Below, one piece after another: positions 54,601 to 64,000 of a DNA stretch of 64,000 bases. The position numbers and the translations under genes are program-made. Under the pieces are notes generated by a model. It worked only from the letters and a program-made list of their open reading frames with translations. It did no database searches and was not told where the DNA came from. The DNA lies in the NCBI GenBank assembly GCA_963765245.1, contig CAVXVP010000001.1, positions 577,025 to 641,024 on the forward strand, in the 5' to 3' direction. Source of the stretch: an uncultured Chloroflexia bacterium. GTDB lineage: Bacteria; Chloroflexota; Limnocylindria; Limnocylindrales; CSP1-4. Position 1 is the first letter of the stretch; each line of letters begins with the position of its first letter.

Positions 54601-55088
54601 GCCGCGTGGAGATCATCGAGGATGACGACGAGCGGAGCATCGCGACCAACGTTACGGAGCAAGGTCGCGGTCGAATCGAACAGCTGGAAGCGAGCCGATT
54701 CAGATGCTGCGTCAGCTGGCGTCGGAAGATCGGGAAAGGTCGCTTGCAGCTCGGGCAGCAACTGGGCGACATCGCTCGCGCCTGCGCCCATGTGGCGCCG
54801 GATGACGTCCGGGGCGGTGGTCCGCAGATAGGTCCGAAGCGCCTGCACCCACGGCCAGTATGGCGGCGCACCGGCGTCCTCCCAGCCGCGTCCCCACAGG
54901 ACCTGGTACCCACGCTCGCGCGCACGTGACGCCAGCTCGTCCGCCAACCGGCTCTTGCCGATCCCGGGCTCTCCACCGAGCAGGATCAGCCGACCGCGAC
55001 CAAGACTCGCCTCGTTGAGTCCCTCCAGCAACTCACCAAGCTCGCGCTCGCGCCCCACGAAAGGGCCACCTGTGTGGGTTTGAACCAC
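51678..55088 (-). CDS. Large AAA/STAND ATPase with helical (TPR-like) repeats and a conserved C-terminal module but no LuxR HTH recognised; at least 6 frameshifts
   Basis: The N-terminal fragment is 53445..55088 (FVGRERELGELL...LLGGEPGIGKSRLADEL...VILDDLHAADTPS). Further fragments lie within 53042..53896 and in 53032..53232, 51577..52968 (FRREGDYWTIEYEGDASRVRDAKGLHHLARLLAAPGREIHSLELAG) and 51678..51875 (ERARVSVTRAIRSTLARIAAQNPELGAHLEATIRTGTFCSYTPDP). Three frame changes fall within 52960-53110. Confidence 0.8.
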
Positions 55089-55318
55089 CGTTCGCTCAGC
55101 TCCCTCTGTGCTTCAAGCGTTTCGAGCGGTCACCGACGACAGCGATCAGGACGTCATGTAGACCGTACATCCGTTCCGTCGTCGGCGACCCGATATTCCG
55201 CTGCTGTTCCATCGATTCGCACATTCGTGCAGCTCGATATCACGCCTCTCGATTACAAGCAGCCACCGCAGCCCAACCTGGGAAGCGGAAGACAGGGTGC
55301 CAAAGGGAGGCCATAGAG

Positions 55319-55774
55319 ATGGATCTCGTCCAGCAGGGCAACGCGGAATCTGTGAGCCGAAATGGTCGCATCGCGAGGAACAGGGTGGGCATCTGGCTGG
55401 TCATCGTGGGCACGGCCCTTTGCGTGTCCATCGCCGGTTGGCTGCTGGTTGCAAATGCCGGCGTCGGAACGGCTACCTCAGCCGGGGCGGGAGCCGATCC
55501 CTTCACCCAGGCGGCGGCGATCGAGTTCCGTGGGACCGAGCACGTGGTGACGGGTGCCTCGGCAGCCGATCCGTTCACCCAGGCGGCGGCGATCGAGTTC
55601 CGTGGGACCGAGCACGTGGTGACGGGTGCCTCGGCGGCCGATCCGTTCACCCAGGCGGCGGCGATCGAGTTCCGCGGGATCGAGCACGAGGGGACGGGCG
55701 CCTCGGCAGCCGATCCGTTCACCGGGCCGGCGGCGATCGAGTTCCGGGAGGGCGAGCACGAAGGTAGTCGCTGA
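55319..55774 (+). CDS. Membrane-anchored protein made of four 24-aa tandem repeats (ADPFTQAAAIEFRGTEHVVTGASA)
   Basis: Intact ORF. ATG 55319 follows AAGGGAGG. The N-terminus has one TM helix (VGIWLVIVGTALCVSIAGWLLVA). The remainder consists only of the repeat units. Confidence 0.65.
   Translation: MDLVQQGNAESVSRNGRIARNRVGIWLVIVGTALCVSIAGWLLVANAGVGTATSAGAGADPFTQAAAIEFRGTEHVVTGASAADPFTQAAAIEFRGTEHVVTGASAADPFTQAAAIEFRGIEHEGTGASAADPFTGPAAIEFREGEHEGSR
55496..55765 (+). repeat. 72-bp tandem repeat, about 3.7 copies (unit starts 55496, 55568, 55640, 55712)
   Basis: In my direct comparison, copies 1 and 2 differ at 2 of 72 positions. Copy 3 has several changes (GTEHVV to GIEHEG). Copy 4 is diverged and truncated by the stop codon. 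Confidence 0.95.
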
Positions 55775-55885
55775 TCGGTCCTCCAACGGGAGCAGGGCGT
55801 GGACCTCGGGTCTGCGCCCTGCTCTTTTCGCTTCGGCGACAATCGGCCCATTGCGTATCCAATGCATCGGTGACAGCCTCGATCG

Positions 55886-56968
55886 ATGGTTAGCATGAGG
55901 TGGTTTCGAACCCATGCTTACGGTTGCGATAAGGAGTCGCGCAGCCTGTCCCGGACCGCCATCCGACCGCTTCGCCTGCTGCCCGCGCTGATCCTGTCCG
56001 TGGCCGCTTGCAGCGGTCCGTCCTTCCCGCTCGGTGGCTGGTCAACGCCTGGCCCAAGTGGCGTCGCGCCGGCCGTCGTTCCGCCGGTCGTCGGCGTCGG
56101 CCGGCCGCGGTTCCCTCGAGCTCGCCGATCGCCGAGCCGCCCGACTCACCGAGTCCGTTGCTGACCCTTCTCCCGAGCCCGACGGCGTCAGCGGCGCCCG
56201 TTGCGCGAAGGGCGACCGTGCCGATCCTGTACTACCACCGTGTCCAGCCCGTGCCGACGGACTTTCTCGAAGTGGACCAAGGCCCGACAGAAGCACTTCC
56301 TTCAATACGACGCGCTGCCGAAAGCCTTCGTCGCCCAGCTCGACTGGCTTGCGGCCAACGGTTACACGACGATCCTGCCGGGTGACCTCGCAAGCCATTG
56401 GGATCACGGCACGCCGCTACCGCCCAAGCCGGTGATCATCACCTTCGACGACGGGTCGAGGTCGTGGACCAAGAGGGTGATGCAGGCGCTGCAACAGCGC
56501 GGGATGGTCGCTGAGTTCTATCTCACCCTCGACGCGATCAAGGCCGACGCGATCGACTGGGGCGACATTCGGCAGCTCGTCGCGGCCGGCAACGGCATCG
56601 GTGCCCACGACGTCCACCACGTCCAGATCGCCGGTCTGCCGGGTGGTCACGATCCGCCGGCCGCCACGATGTGGAAGGAGATCAACGACATCCGTTTCGT
56701 CATCCTCGCCAACGTCGGGGTGGCCCCGGACTCGATGTCATACGTCGGCGGCGGGTACGACAAGACCCTGATGGGTCTGGTTGCCGCTGCCGGGTACACG
56801 ACCGCACGGTCGATCAACCGAGGGATCGTCCAGACGGTCGACCGGCGATATCGCCTGCGCGTCGTGCGCGTCGCAGCCAACGACGACGTGGTCGATCCCC
56901 AGAAACAGACACTCGTCCCAGGACTGCCGACCTTCGCGGCCCGGATGCGCGGCATCAGCGACAAGTAA
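55886..56968 (+). CDS. Polysaccharide deacetylase (CE4/NodB-domain) lipoprotein, 2 frameshifts (near 56100 and 56270); start uncertain
   Basis: ORF 55886..56164 has a lipobox (RLLPALILSVAACSG). ORF 56008..56385 gives ATVPILYYHRVQPVPTDF. ORF 56201..56968 gives the NodB domain (PKPVIITFDDGSRSW...GIGAHDVHH...). AAGGAG at about 55931 suggests a start later than ATG 55886. Confidence 0.8.
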
Positions 56969-57050
56969 GGGTCGGCCTCACGACCTAGGACCGCCTTCGC
57001 TCGCCCCCGATGCCGTCGCTGTCTAGCCTCAGCCGACCGCGAAGTCGACC

Positions 57051-57750
57051 TCAGCCGCGACTGACGTCTGCGCCGCCGGACGTCTGGACGTTCAGCCGCG
57101 CGTCGCCGCCGATCGTGACCTGGGCCCCGCCAGACGCCGAACGACGTACCTCGTCGGAGACTTGCGCTTCGACGACCGCGCCGCCGGAAGGCTCCACATC
57201 GAGCGTCCGGATCGCGAGATCGGTCAGGTGGGCTTCGCCCCCGCCGCTCGCATGAACGGACGCAGCGTCCGCGGTGCCACTCACGGTCAGCTCGCCACCG
57301 CCTGTGATCGCGGCAGAGAACTGACTCCCCGCGACACCGGTGACGGTCCCATCGGAACCGCCGCTCAACGTGATCCCTTCCAGGGACGGTGTCGTGATGG
57401 CGACCGTGACCCCGGAGAATGGGTCGAGCTCCTTGCTGGCCCGGATCCGCAACGTCCCGCCTTCGACGGTGGTCACGACGAGTGGCTGGATGTTGGACTG
57501 GGCGCGGACCTCGATCGTTTGCGCCGGCCCGATCTGGACCGTTACATCGATCCCGGACATCGAGGCGACGCGCTGGAACGCGCCCATCGAACGGGCCTCG
57601 GGGACGGTCGGTCCCTCGCCCTTCGTGCCCATGCAGCCTGCCGTCACGGTTGCGGCGACGGCGACCCGGGTCGGATCGCCTTCCTCGAAGGCTGCCTCGA
57701 CGACACCGTCGGTGCCTCGGGGCTGCCCCGCGACTCGTGGACAGGGTCAT
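57051..57750 (-). CDS. DUF2807 / head-GIN-domain (putative adhesin-like beta-helix) lipoprotein; N-terminal frame uncertain
   Basis: ORF 57051..57647 shows repeated G-G-(G/S)-x-(V/L) beta-helix-like units (LSGGSDGTVTG, ITGGGELTVSG, ASGGGEAHL, PSGGAVVEA, ASGGAQVTIGG, TSGGADV). In frame upstream is a lipobox, RVAVAATVTAGC. ATG 57750 has the RBS TAGGAGGG but lies in a different frame. Confidence 0.7.
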
Positions 57751-57864
57751 CCCTCCTATCACCGAGGGGGATCGGCCCGGGTGCTGCGACGACGGGTTTT
57801 CGGGCCTGAAGGGGTGACGCGTCGAGGTCTTGGCCGTTGCGATCTCAATTCCTCGAGGGGTTCG

Positions 57865-58594
57865 CTAGCCCAAACGACCTGCTGATCGACGATCAGTCCG
57901 TGGTCCTGACTGGAGGCCGAGGCGCACCGCCATGGACACGAGATCCGGGAGTGAGTCAGCCTTCATCTTGCGCATCACCTGGCCTCGGTGTGCTTTCACG
58001 GTGATCTCGCTGATGCCGAGCTCGCCACCGACCTGCTTGTTCAGCAGCCCGGCGACGACCAGCCCCATCACCTCGCGTTCGCGCGGGGTCAACGACTCGT
58101 AGGCATCCCTGAGGGCCCGCGTCGCTGCTTCCAATTCGAGGGTTGCGCGACTGCGCTCGATGGCGCTGCGGACTGCGTCAATGAGCACATCGGCTCGCGA
58201 ACGGTTTGGTCAGGAACTCGACCGCCCCGGCCTTCATGGCCCGGACGGACATCGGCACATCGCCATGACCCGTGATGAAGATGATCGGAATCTCCACACG
58301 GTCGGCGAGCTTCTGCTGCAGTTCGAGACCGTCGAGGCCGGGGAGGTTCACGTCGAGCACCAGGCAGCTGGGCACCATCTCGCGAGCATGGGCGAGGAAG
58401 TCCTGCGCCGACGCGAACAGCTCCGGCTGCCAGCCCTCGCGCTTGATCAGCAGTTCCAATGACTCGCGAACCGAGACGTCGTCGTCGACGACGTAGACGA
58501 CCGGCTTGACGCCAAGCACCCTGGTGGCCTCGATCCGAGTGGGAGGTTGCTCGACCCAGTGTAGGGCGAGCATGCGGCGCGATTGAGGCGTCAC
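57865..58594 (-). CDS. FixJ/NarL-type response regulator (REC plus LuxR HTH), frameshift near 58190
   Basis: ORF 58178..58594 reads VVYVVDDDVSVRESLELLIKREGW...LVLDVNLPGLDGLELQQKL...IIFITGHGDVPMSVRAMKAGAVEFLTKPF. ORF 57865..58188 reads LTPREREVMGLVVAGLLNKQVGGELGISEITVKAHRGQVMRKM. GTG 58594 overlaps the kinase stop as GTGA. ATG 58573 is an alternative start. Confidence 0.88.
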
Positions 58595-60541
58595 CCCGTG
58601 CTCGTCCGGAGCGCGGCGTCGAGCGCTGCGAGGAGGGCGGCCTCGCTGAACGGCTTGAACAGGCAGTCGACGGCCCCGAGCGCGAGCAGGCGCGACCGCA
58701 GCGTCTGATCTCCCTGACCGGTGATGTACACGATCGGGATCGCCGGCTGTCGATGCGCGAGTTCCTGCTGCAGGTCGGGCCCGGACATGCCGGGCATCGC
58801 AACGTCGAGAAGGAGGCAGCTGGTCTCGGCGACGCGATCCGAGGCGAGGAACGCTTCCGCGGATGGGAACGCTTCCGCGGCATATCCCACGTGCCGCAGC
58901 AATGGTGGCAATGACTCGCGAACGGAAATGTCGTCGTCGACGACGGACACCAGCGGGACCTTGTCGATCACGACATGCTCGAAGTCGGCGACGCGTCCGG
59001 GACCGTCGCTGCGACCCGAGGGATCGAGAACGAGAAGGTGGTTCCAGGCCCGTCTTCGTTTGGTTCGGCCCAGAGACGGCCCTGATGTCGTTCGATGATC
59101 GAGTGACTGACGAACAGGCCGATCGCCCATGCCACCGCTCTTCGTGGTGAAGAAGGCGTCGAATAGCTTGTCGAAGCTCGCCGGATCCACGCCAGGGCCG
59201 GCATCGCGAACGCTCAATCGGACGTGCTGCTCGTCCTCACGTCGGGACCGGAGCAGCAAGCGCCGCGGCCGATCGTCGACGCTCGCCATCGCCTCGGAGG
59301 CGTTGCGCAGCAGGTTCAGGATGACCTGCTGCAGCTGGATCCGATCGCCGGCGATCGCCGGGAGGTCCGCGGCGAGCTCCGACTGAACGACGATTCGTTG
59401 CCTCTGCAGGTCGGTCGACGAGAGGGCGACCACCTCCCTGGTCGCCTCGTTGAGGTCCACCGTCTCGAGCGTGAACTCCCGCTTGCCGAACAGCTCGCGC
59501 AGCCGGGACACCACCTCTGCGGCGCGGTTCCCGTCGCGGATCGTGCGCCGCGCCGTTTCTCGTGCGCCGTCGATGTCGGGGTGGTCGCCTTCGAGCATCC
59601 GGAGGCACGTGCTGGCGTTGGTGATGATGCCCGTGAGCGGCTGATTGACCTCATGCGCGATCGATGCGGTCAGAGCGCCCACGGTCGTGATCCGGGCGAT
59701 GTGGGCGAGGTCCGATCGGGCCAGGTTCAACGCCTCCTCGGCCAGGATCCGCTCGGTCACGTCCTGGATGGCACCGATGAACAGTGGACGGCCGGCGACC
59801 CGCTCGATCAGGTGGCCGACGGCATGGACGTGCTTCAGGTGTCCCCGCGGGGACGATACGGAAGACCTGGTCGAAGTCCACGCCTCCCAGTGAGCGCGTG
59901 AAGTCGGAGTCGAACGCCGCCAGGTCGTCGGGGTGGATGACGTCGCGCACCATCTGGACGGAGATCTTTGTCCCCGGTTCGATCTCGAAGATGCGGTAGA
60001 GCTCGTCGGACCAGATGTGCTCGTCCACCGCGATGTCGGCCGTGAAGTTGCCCGTCCTGCTCAGCCGCTGAGCATCGGCAAAGCTGTCGTACGCCCGCCT
60101 GAGCTCCACCTCGGCCCGCTTCCGGTCTTCGATGTCCGTGTTGACGCCATACCACTTGACGATGGTGCCATCGGCATCCCGCTGCGGACTCGTGCGGAAC
60201 AGGAACCACCGATATTCCCCGTCATGGCGACGCAGTCGCGCTTCGGCCTCACCCGGTGCGCCTGAAGCCATGATCTGCTCCCACGTCGCAGCCAAGCTGG
60301 TCAGGTCCTCGGGGTGGACAGCAGCGGTCCAGCCCCAACCGCTCGCCGCATCCGACGTGAGGCCGATGAAATCCAGGTAATGCCGGTTGAAGAACTCCGC
60401 GCTGCCATCAGGCCGAGCCGACCAGACCAACGCCGGCATGGTGTCGATGATGAGCTCGAGATTCCGCTCGCTTGCCACGAGACCCTCCTCGGCGCAGTCA
60501 CCCTCGTCGGATGTCGTGGAAGGGTGCGTCCAGGTCTCCAT
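58591..60541 (-). CDS. Hybrid sensor histidine kinase: two PAS domains, HisKA, HATPase_c and a C-terminal REC; at least 3 frameshifts
   Basis: ATG 60541 lies inside ORF 59651..61123 (PAS: LELIIDTMPALVWSARPDGSAEFFNRHYLDFIG...WYGVNTDIEDRKRAE; second PAS: NFTADIAVDEHIWSDELYRIFE...). ORF 58591..59760 has SIAHEVNQPL, QQVILNLLRNASEA and a REC domain (VSVVDDDISVRESL...LLLDVAMPGMSG). ORF 58968..59204 supplies the G2 box (GGMGIGLFVSHSIIERHQGRLWAEP). Confidence 0.88.
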
Positions 60542-60782
60542 GATGCCCCTTCGCGTGCGTGCGGATCTGACTCCAGTGTGGGCGCCAGGACAAAGCCGTC
60601 GATCAGACCTTGGTATCGGGCGCCTCCGGCGGATCGATACGAAGGTGTCGCCCGATACGTTCGTCTGATCGACTGGACGCCACGCGTGAGGTTCGATGGG
60701 TCCAGGAGATCTGCAGGAGATCGCCGCGCGGACCGTCCGACCGCAACGCGTTCGGATGGACCGCCAGATCCAGGAGGACCTC

Positions 60783-61989
60783 ATGACCATGGCCGTCGCG
60801 ACCCCGACCGAGATTCGCTCGTTCCAGGTCGACATCCCGGAGCAACAGATCGACGATCTGCGTCGGCGCATCTCGACGACGCATTTGCCCACGAAGGAAC
60901 TCGTACCGGATCGCTCGCAGGGCGTGCAGCTCGCCACGGTCCAGGCGCTCGCAGATTTCTGGGCGAACCAATACGACTTCGGGCGGGTCGCGGCGCGGTT
61001 GAACGCGCTGCCGCAGTTCACGACCGAGATCGACGGGGTCGCGATCCACTTCATCCATGTCCGGTCGCGCCACGAGAACGCGTTGCCGCTGATCATGACC
61101 CACGGCTGGCCCGGCTCTGTCATCGAGCTGCTCGGGGCGATCGGTCCGCTGACCGACCCGACCGCTCACGGCGGCACCGCCGAGGACGCCTTCCACCTGG
61201 TGCTGCCGTCGTTGCCCGGCTACGGCTTCTCGGGTGAGCCGGCCGAGCTCGGCTGGGACTCCGGCCGGACCGCACGCGCCTGGGCGGAGCTGATGAGCCG
61301 CCTCGGCTACGAGCGCTACGTCGCCCAGGGCGGCGACGTGGGGGCCCTCGTCACGGACCTGATGGGCCGCCAGGCGGTCGCAGGGCTGGCGGGCTACCAC
61401 TTGAACCTGCTGACAGCCGTGCTCGCGATCGGCGATCACCTGCCCCGAGAGACCGAACAGGAACGCGCAGCGGCCGCGGCGGTCGCGACGTTCGAGCAGG
61501 ACGGTTTCGGCTACTTCCTCGAGATGGCCACGCGGCCCCAGACGATCGGCTACGCGCTGCTCGATTCGCCGGTCGCGCTGGCCGCATGGATGCTCGACCA
61601 CGACACCGACAGCTACACCAAGATCTCGCGCGCGTTCGTCGACGGGCAGCCCGTCGGCGACCTCACCCGCGAGAGCGTCCTCGACAACATCACGTTGTAT
61701 TGGCTGACCGGCACCGCCACCTCCGGCGGCCAGGTCGTACTGGGAGGACGGACGAGCGCTGGCCGCGGCGCTCGCCAGCGGCCAGGCCGCCGCCGCCGGT
61801 CACCGTGCCGGTCGGCTTCACCACGTTCCCCGGCGAGATCTGGGCATCGCCCGCGGAGTTGGGTCGAGGCGGTCTACCCCGGGCTCGCGTACTTCAACGA
61901 GGCCGATCGCGGCGGCCACTTCGCGGCCTGGGAGGAACCGGAGACGTTTGCCGGCCGAGGTGCGGGCGGCGTTCAGCTCGCTGCGGTAG
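60783..61989 (+). CDS. Epoxide hydrolase (EHN N-terminal domain plus alpha/beta-hydrolase fold), at least 3 frameshifts in 61720-61950
   Basis: ATG 60783 follows CCAGGAGG inside ORF 60696..62600 (FQVDIPEQQIDDLRRRI..., IHFIHVRS...LPLIMTHGWPGSV, QGGDVGALV). The C-terminus is recovered in other frames (VTVPVGFTTFPGEI, then SWVEAVYPGLAYFNEADRGGHFAAWEEPETFA, then AEVRAAFSSLR, with a TAG stop at 61987-61989). Confidence 0.85.
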
Positions 61990-62079
61990 CGACACCGGCG
62001 AAGGCCGGACGAGGTGGATCCCACGTCGTCCGGCCCGTCTCGGGGCGAGGCTGCACCTCGCCAGGAGCAGATGAGAGTC

Positions 62080-63034
62080 ATGCGCGCCCTGCACGCCTAC
62101 GCCAAGAGCGACCCATCCCGACTCGTCTACGAGGATGCGCCGATCCCGGCGCTCAGTCCCGCCGACGTCCTGGTTCGCGTCCACGCCAGTGGCGTCAGCC
62201 CGGGCGAGCTCGACTGGGGCGGCACGTGGCTGCACCCGGGGGCACGCCGCGCACGCCCCCGATCATCCCGGGCCACGAGGTCTCGGGCGTCGTCGAGGCC
62301 GTCGGCGCGGATGCTGCGGAGATCGCCGTCGGCGACGCGGTGTACGGCTACATCGATAGCCAGCGTGACGGTGCGGACGCGGAGTACGTGGCGGTCCGCG
62401 CCGACGAGCTCGCGCCGAAGCCGGCGACCGTCGACGCACGTCCAGGCCGCGGCGGTGCCGTTGTCGGCGCTGACGGCCTGGCAGGCGCCTGTTCGACCAA
62501 GGTGATCTCGCCCGCGGCCAGCGGGTCCTCGTCCACGGCGGCGCCGGTGGCGTGGCTCGTTCGCCGTCCAGCTCGCGCGACTGGCGAGGCGCTCACGTGA
62601 CGGCGACGGCTTCGGGGCAGGACGCTGCTCTGGTCATTGAGCTCGGCGCTGACGAGGTGATCGACTACCGATCCCAGCGCTTCGAGGACACGGTCGCCGA
62701 CCAGGACCTCGTCTTCGACACGGTCGGCGGGGACACCTGGGAGCGATCGTGGAGCGTGCTGGGTCCACTCGGCCGGCTCGTCTCGATCGCCGTGCCCCGT
62801 CCACCCGACCGCCCGAGCGACGATGGCCGACGGGCCATCTGGTTCATCGTCATGCGCGATCGGCAGCAGCTGGTCGACATCGGCCGCCTGATCGATGCAG
62901 GTCAGCTCCGACCGGTCGTGGCGAAGGAACTGCCGCTCGCTCAGGGACGGGAGGCGTACGGCACGACGAGCCGCAGCATCGGGCCGGGCAAGGTCGTTCT
63001 GCTGGTGACAGAGGTGAACGGGGATCGATCCTGA
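62080..63034 (+). CDS. Zinc-type/MDR-family NADPH:quinone oxidoreductase-like alcohol dehydrogenase, several frameshifts
   Basis: ATG 62080 lies 12 nt after AGGAG (MRALHAYAKSDPSRLVYEDAPIPALSPADVLVRVHASGVSPGELDW, ORF 62014..62505). IIPGHEVSGVVEAVGADAAEIAVGDAVYG is in the frame of ORF 60696..62600. The C-terminal Rossmann part is in ORF 62552..63034 (VTATASGQDAALVIELGADEVIDY...VFDTVGGD...GKVVL). Confidence 0.82.
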
Positions 63035-63114
63035 GCGTCGCCGTTGGAGCACTGCCGTTCCCGATACTCCAGCTGTCGTCTGTGGACCGACGGTGCGCGA
63101 CCGAGCGCGGCAGG

Positions 63115-64000
63115 TCAGACCGGGTTGGATCGCAGCGACGGCGCCCACCCTGCCAGCGACTCGGAGCGATCCCCATCGGTGAGCACCGCGCCGCCGCCGG
63201 CGAAGTCGACGTCCAGCGTGACGACGTCCGCGCCGTGCCGCCAACGGAGCCGAACCGAGTGATCGTCGTCGGCTTCGACCTCGAGTGTGCCGTCGAATGC
63301 CGGGTGGACGTTGCGCAGCCGGACGAGATCCATCACCCGGCGGACGATCGGCCGGTCGAGGGCGTGCTCGATCTCGCTCATCGTGTAGTCGTGCCGGTTG
63401 ATGGCGCGACCCTCCCCCGTCCGAATGACGGCCTCGTGGTCGTTCGGGCCGGCCAGGAGACCCACGTAGTAGATCTGGGGGACCCCTCGCGCGAAGAGCT
63501 GGATCGCGCGAGCGGCAAGGTATCGGTCGTCGTCCTCACCGAGCGCCGAGTAGTAGGTGCAATTGAGCTGGTGGACATCGCCCGATTCGGCGTGCTCGTC
63601 GGACAGGATGCGGTTGACGTTGCCACCCTGGGCGCGGACCCGATCGGCGAGGTCGGCCATCTCTTGCGGCGTCAGGACGCCATCGAGGTCCGGGCGCACG
63701 GGGATGCCGTCATGACAGTCGAGGTTCGTGAACTGCCGGCTCGGTGACCGTCGGAGATGGTTGGCCAGCCGGCCGGTCTCGCCCGTCTCGAAGGCATGGA
63801 GCAGCAGACCGGGCAGGACGAAGTCGTAGGTCCAGAAGCCGTGTGCTGACAGCCGTTCGTGGGTGGCATAGCTGTCGTGGACCTCGGGCAGGATGGCCAG
63901 TCCGAACGTTTCGGCGACGTCGGTCACCCAGGAGAGGAACTCGTAGATCTCGGGCTCGACCATGAAGCAGGTCGTGCCGGGTTTCTTGATCACGTAGCCG
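63115..64000 (-). CDS. Sucrose phosphorylase-family glycoside hydrolase (GH13_18; sucrose/glucosylglycerate phosphorylase-like), N-terminus beyond the window
   Basis: ORF 63115..63993 reads ...FLSWVTDVAETFGLAILPEVHDSYATHERL...FTNLDCHDGIPVRPDLDGVLT...HQLNCTYYSALGEDDDRYLAARAIQLFARGVPQIYYVGLLAG. The reading frame stays open to the window edge. Confidence 0.85.
   Translation of the reverse strand, partial: GYVIKKPGTTCFMVEPEIYEFLSWVTDVAETFGLAILPEVHDSYATHERLSAHGFWTYDFVLPGLLLHAFETGETGRLANHLRRSPSRQFTNLDCHDGIPVRPDLDGVLTPQEMADLADRVRAQGGNVNRILSDEHAESGDVHQLNCTYYSALGEDDDRYLAARAIQLFARGVPQIYYVGLLAGPNDHEAVIRTGEGRAINRHDYTMSEIEHALDRPIVRRVMDLVRLRNVHPAFDGTLEVEADDDHSVRLRWRHGADVVTLDVDFAGGGAVLTDGDRSESLAGWAPSLRSNPV

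Noticed and set aside
55496-55765. Whether the 72-bp repeats could be a CRISPR array.
   Set aside because: The units are directly adjacent with no spacers. They are in frame inside an ORF with an RBS and a TM anchor, and no cas genes are nearby.
55886-55925. A tRNA-like T-arm look-alike (gcatgaggtggtttcgaacccatgc, about 55892-55917).
   Set aside because: Only a single hairpin with a TTCGAA-like loop is present. There is no acceptor stem, D-arm or anticodon arm around it, and it lies inside or at the start of the CE4 gene. I found no convincing tRNA anywhere in the window.

Overview
A 64 kb, visibly GC-rich (about two-thirds to 70% G+C by eye, not computed) chromosomal segment with an actinobacteria-like gene repertoire. 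I support about 50 protein-coding genes, one IS110-family insertion sequence, two tandem-repeat loci and a few strong hairpins. I found no rRNA, tRNA or CRISPR array.

Gene blocks, in order:
1. 1-5.4 kb, minus strand: an operon-like run of GNAT, amidohydrolase, DUF360 holin-like protein, lysA and a double-TPM protein.
2. 5.4-6.7 kb: an IS110 element.
3. 8-19.6 kb: an alpha-glucan/glycogen cluster (giant GH13-like protein, GntR regulator, GH57 enzyme, alpha-glucan phosphorylase, glgA).
4. 19.7-35 kb: mixed envelope, ion-transport and signalling genes (CAP-domain protein, ACT, DUF1232, DEAD-box helicase, secreted repeat protein, two CPA1 antiporters, MIP channel, GGDEF, AI-2E, HdeD, LAL/LuxR ATPase).
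5. 35.5-51.6 kb: a stress/redox island (VIT1, CtpF-like P-type ATPase, three USP genes, PFOR with a DHOD-like partner, flavodoxin, hemerythrin, GlsB, GAPDH, DUF4242).
6. 51.7-64 kb: a STAND ATPase, a membrane protein with 72-bp tandem repeats, two lipoproteins, a PAS hybrid kinase with a FixJ-type regulator, an epoxide hydrolase, an MDR oxidoreductase and a GH13_18 phosphorylase.

The dominant sequence-level observation is that well over 40 reading-frame breaks interrupt at least 30 otherwise family-typical genes. Either the assembly carries many indel errors or the genome is decaying. For these genes I give full biological spans and list the ORF-track fragments in the evidence.

I saw no clearly novel multi-gene system such as a defence island. 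The most interesting leads are the possible IS110 bridge-RNA region, a highly structured intergenic element at 13.3-13.5 kb, a secreted NCNHGG-repeat protein, a shared GTCCC-N3/4-GGGAC operator-like palindrome, the PFOR/DHOD-like/flavodoxin module inside a dormancy-like island, and the 72-bp repeat protein.
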